Position numbers and translations under genes: made by a program. A stretch of DNA of 63,223 nucleotides, the filler included, from an uncultured bacterium (lineage in GTDB: Bacteria; DYJV01): assembly GCA_964543655.1 (NCBI GenBank). It is 5 parts of 5 records of this genome, joined end to end, with 100 filler letters (N's around TTAATTAATTAA, not from the genome) between each part and the next. Parts side by side here need not be neighbours in the genome. Positions count along the whole stretch, not along the records: positions 52,944 to 59,140 come from CAZIZE010000093.1; positions 59,241 to 63,223 come from CAZIZE010000095.1; 3 more parts are not named here. One strand, given 5' to 3'. The notes beneath the pieces were generated by a model, which had not been told where the DNA came from, ran no database searches, and saw nothing but the letters and a program-made list of their open reading frames with translations. Of this stretch, positions 53,768-63,223 are shown one piece after another (position 1 is the stretch's first letter; each line of letters begins with the position of its first letter).

Positions 53768-54042
53768 GGGCTCCTGTTAATGGCATAATAAAGAATATTA
53801 AAAATATTGGAGAAAGAGTAGAGATTGGAGAAACTGTTTGCTATGTTAATCAAACTCCTGTATTAGCCAAAATAGCAGGTGTTTTAAGAGGATTGATTTT
53901 TAATGGAATTGAAGTTAGCAGATTTTTAAAAATAGGAGATATTGACCCCCGAGGTGTAAAAGAGTATTGCTACACAATTTCAGATAAATCCCGATGTATA
54001 GCAGGAAGTGTATTAACCGCAATTATGGAAAAATTCTTTTAA
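53734..54042 (+). pseudogene. yqeB: C-terminal fragment of YqeB (selenium-dependent molybdenum hydroxylase accessory family)
   Basis: Manual translation ERVLRAP..GVLRGL..KIGDIDPRG...YCYTISDKSR..AGSVL; in-frame stop at 53719-53721 upstream and no N-terminal half. Confidence 0.8.
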
Positions 54043-54044
54043 AT

Positions 54045-54752
54045 TTATAATCCTTGCTTTGCAAGCAATTTCCTTATTTCAACAATTGCTTTAGTGGGAT
54101 TAAGCCCCTTTGGGCATGCATCCACGCAATTATAAATTGTGTGGCATCTCCAGACACCATGTTTATCATTTAAAATAGAAAGCCTTTCCTCTGCACCTTC
54201 ATCCCTTGAATCAGCAAGATAGCGCCATGCTCTGAGAAAAGCACTTGGACCAAGATAACTTTTATCACTCCAGTAAGATGGGCAAGCAGAGGAGCAACAA
54301 CCGCAGAGGATACATTCATACAAACCATCAAGTTTCTTCCTCTCCTCTGGTGATTGCAAAATCTCTTTATCTGGAAGAGGTGATTTCCTAATTAAAAATG
54401 GTTTTACAGTAATAAATTTGTTTATAAAATCTTTTAAATCCACAACAAGGTCTTTAATAACAGGCATACCTGGCAATGGCTGAATAATAAGATGTTTTGA
54501 GTTTAAATCTTCTATTTTTGTAACACATGCAAGTAGATTAATACCATTTACATTTAAGCCATCTGAGCCACACACACCTTCTCTGCAGGACCTCCTAAAA
54601 GAAAGAGTGGAATCTATCTCCCATTTTATCTGGTTTAATCCTTCTAAAAGCAACATCCCTTTTCTTCTGATTTCAACATTATATTTTTTATAATAAGGTT
54701 TGCTGTTATTTTCTGGGTCATATCTAAAAATTTCAAAGGTAACTGTTTCCAT
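54045..54752 (-). CDS. sdhB: Succinate dehydrogenase iron-sulfur subunit
   Basis: RRSCREGVCGSD, CILCGCC..ACP, CHTIYNC..ACP. Confidence 0.96.
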   Translation of the reverse strand: METVTFEIFRYDPENNSKPYYKKYNVEIRRKGMLLLEGLNQIKWEIDSTLSFRRSCREGVCGSDGLNVNGINLLACVTKIEDLNSKHLIIQPLPGMPVIKDLVVDLKDFINKFITVKPFLIRKSPLPDKEILQSPEERKKLDGLYECILCGCCSSACPSYWSDKSYLGPSAFLRAWRYLADSRDEGAEERLSILNDKHGVWRCHTIYNCVDACPKGLNPTKAIVEIRKLLAKQGL

Positions 54753-54762
54753 ATTAGCTCCT

Positions 54763-56532
54763 TTAATAAACTCTTGGTTTTGGTTCAAAAGGTTTAACTG
54801 TTAATGGTTTTAATCTAACAGGCCTATATTTTACTTCAAATTCTCTACCTCTTTCATCACATAACACTTCTGAATGTTTAAGATATTTATCATCATCTCT
54901 ATCTGGATAATCATCTCTGTAATGGCCACCTCTTGATTCTTTTCTATTTAATGCTGATATTGCTATTGCTTTTGCTACTATTAACATATTTCTTAACTCA
55001 AGAGCTTCTATAACCTCAAGGTTGTAAACCCTTCCTTTATCTTTTATTTTTATATTGTCAAATTTATCTTGAAGTTCATTAATTTTTGAAATAGCACTGT
55101 TAAGTGATTCTTCTGTTCTAAAAACAGAAACATTTTTTTCCATTGTCCCTGTTAGCTCATTATAAATATCCCAGTAACTATACTTGCCATTTGTATTAAT
55201 AAGGTTTTCAAAAAATTTCACGCCATTCTCAGCAACATTTTGAGGAAGATCAATAAAGTTGTTTTTCTTTGCATATTTAGCAGCTTCTTTCCCAGCAGTT
55301 CTACCAAATACAACAAGGTCAAGTAAAGAATTGGTGCCCAGTCTATTAGCTCCATGAACAGAAGCAGCAGCGCATTCACCTGCAGCAAAAAGTCCGGGAA
55401 TAACAGAATTATCATTGCTTGAAATATTTAAAACATAAGCAAGATGATTGGTGGGGATTCCACCATTTTGATAATGAGCTGTTGGGCAAACAGGAATAGG
55501 CTCTTTTGTACAATCCACACCTGAAAAAATCAGTGCAAGCTCATGTATCCCAGGTAATTTCTCCATAATGGCATCTTTTCCTATATGGTCAATTTTGAGA
55601 AAAACAAAATCTCTATTATTGCCGCACCCTCTTCCTTCAAGAATCTCCCTGGCAATACATCGTGAAACAATGTCTCTTGGCGCTAAATCTTTAATAGTAG
55701 GAGCATATCGCTCCATAAATCTTTCTCCTTCAGAGTTAATAAGGAAACCACCTTCACCTCTAACTCCTTCTGTAATAAGATTGCCAGCACCATAAATTCC
55801 TGTAGGATGAAATTGAACAAACTCTGCATCACACCATGAAAACCCGGCTCTCATGGATAGAGAGATACCATCTCCAGTATTTATATGAGCATTTGATGTT
55901 GTTTTATAAACTCGACAGCTACCTCCAGTGGCAAGTATTACAGCTTTTGCATTAAAAAGATGAAACTCACCATTTTGTACGTCAAAACATAAAACTCCAT
56001 TAACAGCGCCATCTGTAACAATTAAATCAAGGCAGTAAAACTCATTAAAGAAAAATGTCCCCTGTTCTATTGATTTTTCATAAAGAGTTTGAAGCATTGC
56101 ATGTCCTGTCCTATCAGCAGCATAGCACGCTCTTTTTACAGGTCTTTTTCCAAATTCAGCAGTATGACCACCAAAAGGTCTTTGTGCAATTTTGCCCTCA
56201 GGTGTTCTGCTAAATGGCAATCCAATATGCTCAAGCTCTATAATCATTTCTGGTGCCATTTTAGTCATATATTCAGCAGAATCTTGGTCAGCAAGATAAT
56301 CACTCCCTTTAACAGTATCAAACATATGCCATATCCAGTTATCTTCTTCAAGATTTCCAAGAGCTGCGGAAATACCACCCTGTGCAGAAATTGTATGACT
56401 CCTTGTAGGATATACTTTTGATATTACTGCAGTTTTACAGTATTGACTTGCAACCTGTGCAGCATTTAAGCCAGCACCACCAGACCCAATAACCAAAACG
56501 TCAAATTTGTGTAGCTCTACTTTGTTGTACAT
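54763..56532 (-). CDS. sdhA: Succinate dehydrogenase flavoprotein subunit
   Basis: [22 protein letters not shown]. Confidence 0.97.
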   Translation of the reverse strand: MYNKVELHKFDVLVIGSGGAGLNAAQVASQYCKTAVISKVYPTRSHTISAQGGISAALGNLEEDNWIWHMFDTVKGSDYLADQDSAEYMTKMAPEMIIELEHIGLPFSRTPEGKIAQRPFGGHTAEFGKRPVKRACYAADRTGHAMLQTLYEKSIEQGTFFFNEFYCLDLIVTDGAVNGVLCFDVQNGEFHLFNAKAVILATGGSCRVYKTTSNAHINTGDGISLSMRAGFSWCDAEFVQFHPTGIYGAGNLITEGVRGEGGFLINSEGERFMERYAPTIKDLAPRDIVSRCIAREILEGRGCGNNRDFVFLKIDHIGKDAIMEKLPGIHELALIFSGVDCTKEPIPVCPTAHYQNGGIPTNHLAYVLNISSNDNSVIPGLFAAGECAAASVHGANRLGTNSLLDLVVFGRTAGKEAAKYAKKNNFIDLPQNVAENGVKFFENLINTNGKYSYWDIYNELTGTMEKNVSVFRTEESLNSAISKINELQDKFDNIKIKDKGRVYNLEVIEALELRNMLIVAKAIAISALNRKESRGGHYRDDYPDRDDDKYLKHSEVLCDERGREFEVKYRPVRLKPLTVKPFEPKPRVY

Positions 56533-56541
56533 AAAAAACTC

Positions 56542-56850
56542 CTAAAAAATTATATGCAATCCAATGATTCCAAGGGTTGTGCCAATGATAATAGAAAAAC
56601 CTATTAAAACTGTTCGCCATGCTGGATTTTCAATAAAATCATCTATAATCATTTTAAACCCATTAAATGTGTGGAATAACCCAAAAATAAGCAACGGGCC
56701 TGCTACTAATTTATCAAGGCCAATATCACCACCTTTAATCATTGAAAAGAAATGTATAAAAATGACAATTGCAATAGCAACTCCTGACACCCTTTGTAAA
56801 AACCATTCAAAAAGTCCTTTATTACTGCTGCCAAGATATTTATCGCTCAT
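56542..56850 (-). CDS. sdhD: Succinate dehydrogenase membrane anchor
   Basis: WFLQRVSG, H...G...IIDD; three TM helices. Confidence 0.85.
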   Translation of the reverse strand: MSDKYLGSSNKGLFEWFLQRVSGVAIAIVIFIHFFSMIKGGDIGLDKLVAGPLLIFGLFHTFNGFKMIIDDFIENPAWRTVLIGFSIIIGTTLGIIGLHIIF

Positions 56851-56865
56851 TATTCCTCCTGTTTT

Positions 56866-57218
56866 TTAAAATATAGCAAAAATTCCTATTAAAGAAATAA
56901 AAATAAAAAGTGTTACAAGAAGAGACACATGTTTTTTAAAAACTTCTTTTTCAGAGCCATTTGAAAATTCCATTAAAATTATTCTAATACCATTAAGTGT
57001 ATGAAAAACAATAGTAATAAAGATAAAAGCTTTAACCAATGCAAAGTTGTTAAAAGTTGAAAAGAATTCTATGTAATCACCTTTTGAAAGAATATGCAGA
57101 ATAAAATAAATTCCTAAGATAATGCCAGTAATTCTGTGAAGAAAAAAGAGAATCATACCTACTTTCTTTTTATATGGAACTTTATAACTCCATACTCTGT
57201 TAAATCTTTTCTATACAT
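56866..57218 (-). CDS. sdhC: Succinate dehydrogenase cytochrome b subunit with an apparent 1-nt frameshift near 57207-57210
   Basis: LHRITG, HTLNGIR; the RBS-supported ATG at 57218 is out of frame by one base. Confidence 0.8.
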
Positions 57219-57229
57219 ATTACCTCCTA

Positions 57230-58525
57230 TTAATGAGGATTAAAAATATAAAAAATCAGGGATAAAATTGATAAAAACCACATTCCACCAGCTATTTCAC
57301 TAACTTTACCTGAAACAATTTTTATAAATACATATACAATAAAACCAGCAGTAATACCAACACCAATGTCATATGTAAAGCATATAAGAATAATTGTTAT
57401 AAAAGCTGGAACTACTTCAGAAAGATCTTTAAAATTAAGTTGAGATACTGCTGAAAACATTAAAACTCCAACCATTATCAAAGCTGGGCCATATGCATAT
57501 GCAGGTATTTTTGAAAAAATAGGGGCAAAAAATAGAGATAACAAAAATAGTATTGCTGTAACAACAGATGCAAAACCTGTACGTCCACCTGCTTCAATAC
57601 CTGTGGCTGATTCTATATAGGCTCCAGCTGTGGTTGTTCCAACTATTGAAGCAAAAATTGTTGAGCATGCATCGCAGAGCATAGGTTTTTCTATTTCTGG
57701 TAACTCACCTTTTTCATCAAGGAAACCACCAAGATAAGCAACTCCAATAAGTGTGCCCATGGTATCCACAAAATCCATTATAAGCAAAGTTAGAATTACA
57801 GGGAAAAAACCTACAGTAAGAGCACCTTTTATATCAAGTTTTAAAAAAGTGTCAGATAGTGAAGGGGGAAGACTAACAAAGTGTTGAGGTAAAGGATTAA
57901 GTTTAAAAATAAAAGATAAAAAAGTTATAAAGAGTATGGATAATAATATTGCTCCTCTGACCTTTTTTATCATTAAAACAGCCATAATCAAAAAGCCAAG
58001 AATAGCAAGTAAAACCTGAGGAGATGCAATATTACCAATTTTTACTGGCGCACCAGGAACTCCAAGAACTACAAGCCCTGATTGATTCAATCCAATAAAG
58101 GTTAAAAATAGTCCTATACCAACTGAAAAAGCTATTTTTAAACACTCAGGTATTGCATTTGCCAGCCATGCTCTTAATTTGAATAGAGTCAAAAGAGTAA
58201 ACAAAATACCACTAATAAAAACAGCACCAAGAGCCTGCTGCCATGTAAAACCAAGAATTTTAACAACAGTAAATGCAATAAAAGCATTTGCTCCCATATA
58301 AGGTGCAATTGCAAAGGGTCTGTTTGCGTAAAGTCCCATTGCCATACATCCAAAGAAAGCTGTTAATATTGTAGCTACCATTGAAGCCCCAAATGGCATT
58401 CCAGCAGTTTGAAGAATTTTAGGGTTAACAACAATAATATATGCCATTGTGCAAAAGGTAGTTATTCCAGCTAAAATTTCTCTTGATAATGTAGTATTAT
58501 ACTTTTCAAATTTGAAAAAACTCAT
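57230..58525 (-). CDS. NCS2/AzgA-family purine permease
   Basis: REILAGITTF.TMAYII.VNP, YIESATG, GGRTG. Confidence 0.92.
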   Translation of the reverse strand: MSFFKFEKYNTTLSREILAGITTFCTMAYIIVVNPKILQTAGMPFGASMVATILTAFFGCMAMGLYANRPFAIAPYMGANAFIAFTVVKILGFTWQQALGAVFISGILFTLLTLFKLRAWLANAIPECLKIAFSVGIGLFLTFIGLNQSGLVVLGVPGAPVKIGNIASPQVLLAILGFLIMAVLMIKKVRGAILLSILFITFLSFIFKLNPLPQHFVSLPPSLSDTFLKLDIKGALTVGFFPVILTLLIMDFVDTMGTLIGVAYLGGFLDEKGELPEIEKPMLCDACSTIFASIVGTTTAGAYIESATGIEAGGRTGFASVVTAILFLLSLFFAPIFSKIPAYAYGPALIMVGVLMFSAVSQLNFKDLSEVVPAFITIILICFTYDIGVGITAGFIVYVFIKIVSGKVSEIAGGMWFLSILSLIFYIFNPH

Positions 58526-58905
58526 AGCTTGCTCCTTTTTTCTCATTTTTAATTATTTAGCACCAGAAAAGAAAAAAATCAAATGCTTTGTACGTAGATG
58601 GACAAAAAGATATTGACCAGTTACTTTTAATAGGACAATTCTTTTGACTTTTATGTTTTTTGCGGTTATATAAATTGAGATGTTTTTAAATTAACTTTAA
58701 AGAATTTATAGATACAATAATATCACAAAATAAGGTCTATTTATAACATTTTTATATGCTATGACATGATATTGGGAGTACGTTTAAATGAAAAAAATTG
58801 AAAATAATTTTAATTCTGTCCAAAATATATAAAAGTATAGAGTCAATAAAGAGATCAGTCTAAAAGATAAAAATAATTTCAAAAAATGTAACAAAAATTA
58901 TTATA

Positions 58906-59140
58906 ATGAAAACAACTCTATACTTTAAATACACAAAAAAAAGACCTGATAGAGCACATATCAAAGAAGAATGGATAAAATATGTAATAGAAAAGCCTCA
59001 AAAGTAGTTATTCAGTCTGACGGAAGGATTAAAAAATGGGCAAAGATTTCAGAAGTGGGTAAATATCTAAGAGTAATTTTATTGGAAGATGGTGAGACGG
59101 TGCATAATGCTTTTTTTGATAGGTCTTTTAAGGAGGATTG
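58906..59140 (+). CDS. Small toxin-like protein (DUF4258/BrnT-like), frameshifted near 59000-59003, stop codon lost at the contig end
   Basis: MKTTLYFKYTKKRPDRAHIKEEWIKYVIEKPQK joined to VVIQSDGRIKKWAKISEVGKYLRVILLEDGETVHNAFFDRSFKED. Confidence 0.65.
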
Positions 59141-59240
59141 NNNNNNNNNNNNNNNNNNNNNNNNNNNNNNNNNNNNNNNNNNNNTTAATTAATTAANNNN
59201 NNNNNNNNNNNNNNNNNNNNNNNNNNNNNNNNNNNNNNNN
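59141..59240. other. Artificial contig linker
   Basis: N run with TTAATTAATTAA. Confidence 0.99.
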
Positions 59241-59241
59241 A

Positions 59242-59466
59242 CTAAATGGATTTGAAATAGATTTTGTTGTTCAAAAACAGAATGAGACCAAATATATTCA
59301 AGTGGCATATCTTTTAACTGATGAAAAAACAGTAAAAAGAGAATTTGGCAATCTTGAAAAGATAAAGGATAATTATGAAAAGATAGTAATATCATTGGAT
59401 AAATTTTTCCCACAAGAAATCAGAGGCATTAAACATATTTATTTAATAGATTTTTTGAGATTTTGA
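59242..59466 (+). CDS. 3' end of an AAA_14/DUF4143-family ATP-binding protein
   Basis: Manual translation EIDFVVQK..YIQVAYLL...KTVKREFGNLEKIKDNYEKIVISLD..GIKHIYLIDFL. Confidence 0.8.
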   Translation, partial: LNGFEIDFVVQKQNETKYIQVAYLLTDEKTVKREFGNLEKIKDNYEKIVISLDKFFPQEIRGIKHIYLIDFLRF

Positions 59467-59723
59467 ATTTTGGAAATTATTTTACATCACACTAAATTTT
59501 AATACTCATTTTTTCATTTAAACCTTAGATTGGATTTCAATGCAGATATAACACTTTAAAATCGTTTCTTAATTTAAAAAATTATGGAGAACATGAAAGT
59601 TATTTGAAATAAACTTGCAATATTCTTAACCGGTTGTAATCAAATTGTTTTTCAACTTTGAACCTTGAACTTTAATAGGCAGTGCAACTCTCAGAAAAAT
59701 ATTTAAGTTTTTCATTTTCACAA

Positions 59724-59775
59724 GGTGGGGCAATTTTGATGAAAAAACAGGGTCACTTTATCATGAAATTTTGCA
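59724..59775. mobile_element. Orphan IS21-family-like terminal sequence
   Basis: Two related units GGGGCAATTTTGATGAAA and GGGTCACTTTATCATGAAA followed by terminal TGCA. Confidence 0.5.
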
Positions 59776-59849
59776 TTTTGATTTTTTATTTGACTTTTCA
59801 AATTTTTAAAGTTAAATTTATTAAAATTGAATAATTGAATGAATAAAAA

Positions 59850-61508
59850 ATGAGAAAATTTTTTTTTATACTTTTATTCTTTTTTCTTTTTATCTCTTCT
59901 ATAAAAGCTGAATATTTTCATATAGAAAATTACAAGGTTTTTGTAACAATAAAAGATGATTCTTCTGCTTTTTTTGAAGAAAATATAAAAGTTAATTTTC
60001 ATACCTATAGACATGGCATATACAGATATATCCCTTTAAAATGGTATAATTATCGTATTTATCCAAAGCTTTTATCTGTAAAATCATCTATTAATGGAGA
60101 AAATTTTATAAAAGAAAAATATAAAAAATGGGAAAATGGAAACTGGTTATATATCAGAATAGGAGATAAAAATAAAACTATTAAAGGTATTAAATACTAT
60201 AGGATAATATACAAGATAAAAAATGCTGTTATAAATAACATTTTCTACTGGAATATTATAGGAACAGGCTGGAAGGTACCAATAAAAAATAGTAAGATAG
60301 CAATTTATTTTCCTGAAAATATCCCTTCTGACAATATTAAATATGCATGTTTTAAAGGTATATATGGCAAAAGAGTTAAATTCAAATGCAATTTTGAAGA
60401 TAATATACTCTCTATTAACAATGTTTCTTTAAAACCCCATGAAGCCATAACAGTTAAGGTAGTTTTTCCTCCAAACTTTATAAAACCTATTTCTAAGTTT
60501 AAACAATTTTTATGGTGGTTTTCTGAAAATTTTGGTTTTTTCATTCCAATTTTAGTTTTTATAGGAGTGTTAATATTGTGGATAAATTTTGGAAAAGATG
60601 AGAGCAAAGGCTCTATTGTTGTTCAATATACTCCACCTAAAGATTATACGCCAGCTGAGGTTGGCACGTTAATAGATGATAGAGTGGATAGTAAAGATAT
60701 TGTTGCAACAATAGTTGATCTTGCAGTGAGGGGTTTTATAAAAATCAGGAAAGAAGTAGAAGAGGGAATTTTTTTTACAAAAAAAAATAAGTTTATTTTT
60801 GAAAAAACATTGAAAGATGCATCTAAATTAAAAAATCACGAGAAAATTTTATATTCAGGATTATTTAAAAAAGGTAAAATAGTTGATATTAATGACTTGA
60901 AGAAAAGTTTTTATAAAGATGCTGAAAAGTTCAAAGAGAGATTATATGAGTATCTTTCAAACAAAGAGCATTTATATACTATTAATCCTCAAAAATTAAG
61001 AAAAATTTTTTTAGTATCAGGAGTATTATTTGTTTGGCTTGGAATTGTACTTAATAATCTTTTACAACGGTCAGATATTTTAGCAGGATTTGCAATTTCT
61101 GGTTTTATTTTGGCTCTTTTTAGTATGATTATGCCCCAAAAATCTCATAAAGGCACATTAATTTACAGAAAAATTTTAGGATTTAAGGAGTTTCTATCAA
61201 AGGTTGAAAAAGATAGATTAAAAAGATTGGCAGAAGATGACCCTGATATTTTTAATAAAATGTTACCATTTGCAATTGCTTTTGGTGTTGAGAAAAAATG
61301 GGCAAAAAAATTTGAAGGCATATCTATTCAACCGCCATCCTGGTTTATTGGTTTTCATAGCTCTGGCCATTTTTCAACAGATAATTTTGTTGACACCTTA
61401 CAGAGTGACATAAGCTCATTATCTACTGCTATTGGCAGAAGCAGTGGTTCCTCATCTGGTGGTTTCTCTGGTGGTGGAGCTGGTGGTGGTGGCGGAGGTA
61501 GTTGGTAA
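59850..61508 (+). CDS. DUF2207-family membrane protein
   Basis: HGIYRYIP, FYWNIIG.GW, PAEVG.L, LPFAIAFG, Gly/Ser tail GGGGGGSW. Confidence 0.9.
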   Translation: MRKFFFILLFFFLFISSIKAEYFHIENYKVFVTIKDDSSAFFEENIKVNFHTYRHGIYRYIPLKWYNYRIYPKLLSVKSSINGENFIKEKYKKWENGNWLYIRIGDKNKTIKGIKYYRIIYKIKNAVINNIFYWNIIGTGWKVPIKNSKIAIYFPENIPSDNIKYACFKGIYGKRVKFKCNFEDNILSINNVSLKPHEAITVKVVFPPNFIKPISKFKQFLWWFSENFGFFIPILVFIGVLILWINFGKDESKGSIVVQYTPPKDYTPAEVGTLIDDRVDSKDIVATIVDLAVRGFIKIRKEVEEGIFFTKKNKFIFEKTLKDASKLKNHEKILYSGLFKKGKIVDINDLKKSFYKDAEKFKERLYEYLSNKEHLYTINPQKLRKIFLVSGVLFVWLGIVLNNLLQRSDILAGFAISGFILALFSMIMPQKSHKGTLIYRKILGFKEFLSKVEKDRLKRLAEDDPDIFNKMLPFAIAFGVEKKWAKKFEGISIQPPSWFIGFHSSGHFSTDNFVDTLQSDISSLSTAIGRSSGSSSGGFSGGGAGGGGGGSW

Positions 61509-61621
61509 TTTAATTGATTAATTAAAAAGCTGACAATATTTGCCAACTTTTAACTAATATTATACAGAACCAAATAAAAAATCCAGTAGTAGTTTTTTTA
61601 TGACTTGCTCCTGTTTAGCAT

Positions 61622-61668
61622 AAAAGCAGTCATTTTGAGGCGTTATCCCGAAAAATCTTTTGATTTAA
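61622..61668. repeat. Dispersed intergenic repeat, copy 2
   Basis: Matches 37331-37378. Confidence 0.75.
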
Positions 61669-61715
61669 GGGTGGTTTTGTATTAGTTCTCATATTTTGTC
61701 CCTGATTTTTTAATA

Positions 61716-62786
61716 TTATTGTAAAGCTGAATAAGCGAAATAAATTATTGAAGAAAAGATAAACAAAACATATCCAGCAACAGTCATCTTTAAACCGTAA
61801 AGCTTTTCTTTATTATATGTTACAAAAATTCTGTAAGCAATTAAATTTGCAAGAGAACCTACAAGGTTGCCATAACCACCTACATTAACACCCCAGAGCA
61901 GGGCTTTCCAATTACTTGTAAAATCTGAGAAAAGAAGAGCTGAAGGCACATTGCTTATAAATTGACTTAAAAGTGCTGAAAATAAAAAAACATGGTGGGA
62001 ATTATTAATTTTTAGGTCAATTACTGATTTAAGATTATCAGTAAAACCAAAAAAGAAAAAGAATGTAGCTATTAAAATATAGTCAATGTTAAAATTTTTC
62101 CTTTGAAAAAGAATATAATAAATAAGAGGGATAAAACCTAAATAAAGTGGTAATATATGGAAAATAATTAAAATCATTATGAGAAGAAAAATAATATTAA
62201 GAAAAATACTGTTATCAATATGTTGCTGTTTAGGCTCCTTTTTTTCTATTTTTTCAGATTTTACAAGTAAAGAGAATGGTAATATTATGCCAAGTGATAC
62301 AATAGTAAATGGGAAAATTGTTTTAAAAAAAACAGTAAAATTAAGATGATAAAACCAGTAGATGAAGATATTTTGAGGATTTCCAAAAGGGGTTAATGCA
62401 GACCCTGCATTTGCAGCAAGAGCCTCAAGAATAACAATAAAACCTTTCTTTGTAATATTTAAAGATAAAGTTAAAGGAACTATTATGAGTAATGATACAT
62501 CATTTGTTACAAACATTGCAAGAAATGCAGTAATACACACAAGTTTTAATGGAATGAATCCCCCTTTTTCTAAAAATTTTCCAACAAATAAAAAAAAATT
62601 GGAGTTTTCAAGACCTTTTATAATGACAAATAGCAAAAATAGTATAAATAATACTTCAAAATCAGAGTGAGAGTAGGAAGGGAATCTTTTTAAATAAATA
62701 GATGTGGAAAGAGTGGCTATTATTGAGGAGATTAATAACCACTCTTTTAAAAATTTTCTAATATAGAAGTTTAGTTTATTTCTCAT
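61716..62786 (-). CDS. ArsB/NhaD/citrate-transporter superfamily anion permease
   Basis: FVTND, AANAGSALTPFGNPQN, SQFISNVP, GSLANLIA. Confidence 0.85.
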   Translation of the reverse strand: MRNKLNFYIRKFLKEWLLISSIIATLSTSIYLKRFPSYSHSDFEVLFILFLLFVIIKGLENSNFFLFVGKFLEKGGFIPLKLVCITAFLAMFVTNDVSLLIIVPLTLSLNITKKGFIVILEALAANAGSALTPFGNPQNIFIYWFYHLNFTVFFKTIFPFTIVSLGIILPFSLLVKSEKIEKKEPKQQHIDNSIFLNIIFLLIMILIIFHILPLYLGFIPLIYYILFQRKNFNIDYILIATFFFFFGFTDNLKSVIDLKINNSHHVFLFSALLSQFISNVPSALLFSDFTSNWKALLWGVNVGGYGNLVGSLANLIAYRIFVTYNKEKLYGLKMTVAGYVLFIFSSIIYFAYSALQ

Positions 62787-62829
62787 TTTCAATGAAAATA
62801 GTATAAGTTATTTTTTTATAAAAATCAAC

Positions 62830-63223
62830 TTATTTGCCAAAAATTCTCAATTCTTCTGTTGCTAAATAGTCAGAGATAACGTATAGTCCCTTGTAATAAA
62901 TTTTTAATTCTCCAACAATTAAATTGTTATAAAGCAAAAATATACTCCATGCATTTTCTGGTTCTCTAAAAGATGCAGCATCTTCTATTTTCATGTTTTT
63001 AATAATAGTTGCAAGGTTTTGTTTGATTATATTTATTGAAACCTTTTGGGTAAGTGTATGTTCAATAAGTCCCAATGGCAAAACATTCCCAGTTTCCGGG
63101 CTAAAGTGTATAGTTGCAATTACAGTTCCTTTGTATAGAATGGTTCCTTTAATTTCTATTTCACCATTTGGTGCTGTTTTAAAAATTACTCCCCCAGGTT
63201 CCATAAAAGTTTTTAATTCTTTA
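62830..63223 (-). CDS. Hypothetical protein, probably 5'-partial
   Basis: Frame stays open upstream of the ATG at 63204 to the window edge. Confidence 0.6.
   Translation of the reverse strand, partial: KELKTFMEPGGVIFKTAPNGEIEIKGTILYKGTVIATIHFSPETGNVLPLGLIEHTLTQKVSINIIKQNLATIIKNMKIEDAASFREPENAWSIFLLYNNLIVGELKIYYKGLYVISDYLATEELRIFGK

Noticed and set aside
58547-58905. Purine riboswitch upstream of the NCS2 permease
   Set aside because: Could not find the conserved aptamer core or paired stems by eye
61440-61505. GGT-rich tandem repeats at the end of the DUF2207 gene
   Set aside because: They encode the Gly/Ser tail typical of this family

Overview
AT-rich (roughly 30% GC by eye) bacterial draft sequence. 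It consists of five contigs joined by 100-nt artificial linkers (N-TTAATTAATTAA-N) at 6044-6143, 37383-37482, 52844-52943 and 59141-59240, so gene adjacency across linkers is meaningless. Contig 1 (1-6043) is the most interesting part. It carries the trailer end of a CRISPR array whose repeat ends in ATTGCGAC on the minus strand (type III-like). Downstream on the same strand lie a TPR gene and an overlapping 1508-aa gene that fuses a BrxC/DUF6079-like P-loop ATPase to a compact PglZ-like metallo-phosphodiesterase domain, then a decayed Fic-family remnant. No cas or methyltransferase gene is visible. Contig 2 is mainly housekeeping: cobO, ahbC, purF, lon, nusB, ribH, a HEAT-cheR-cheB-cheY cluster, ntrYX, dprA, dnaB, rsmI, rtcB, glgC, eno, tRNA-Ser(CGA), rpmB and acs. 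Contig 3 holds the 3' end of tuf and the S10-spc-alpha ribosomal cluster, which lacks rpmD, followed by an IS5 fragment. Contig 4 has a UPF0280/yqeB deletion scar, sdhCDAB, an NCS2 permease and a frameshifted toxin-like gene. Contig 5 has an AAA/DUF4143 3' end, an orphan IS21-like end, a DUF2207 gene and a permease. Three single-A frameshifts in A-runs (rplQ, sdhC, toxin-like gene) look like homopolymer sequencing errors. All family assignments come from motif recognition by eye, not database searches.
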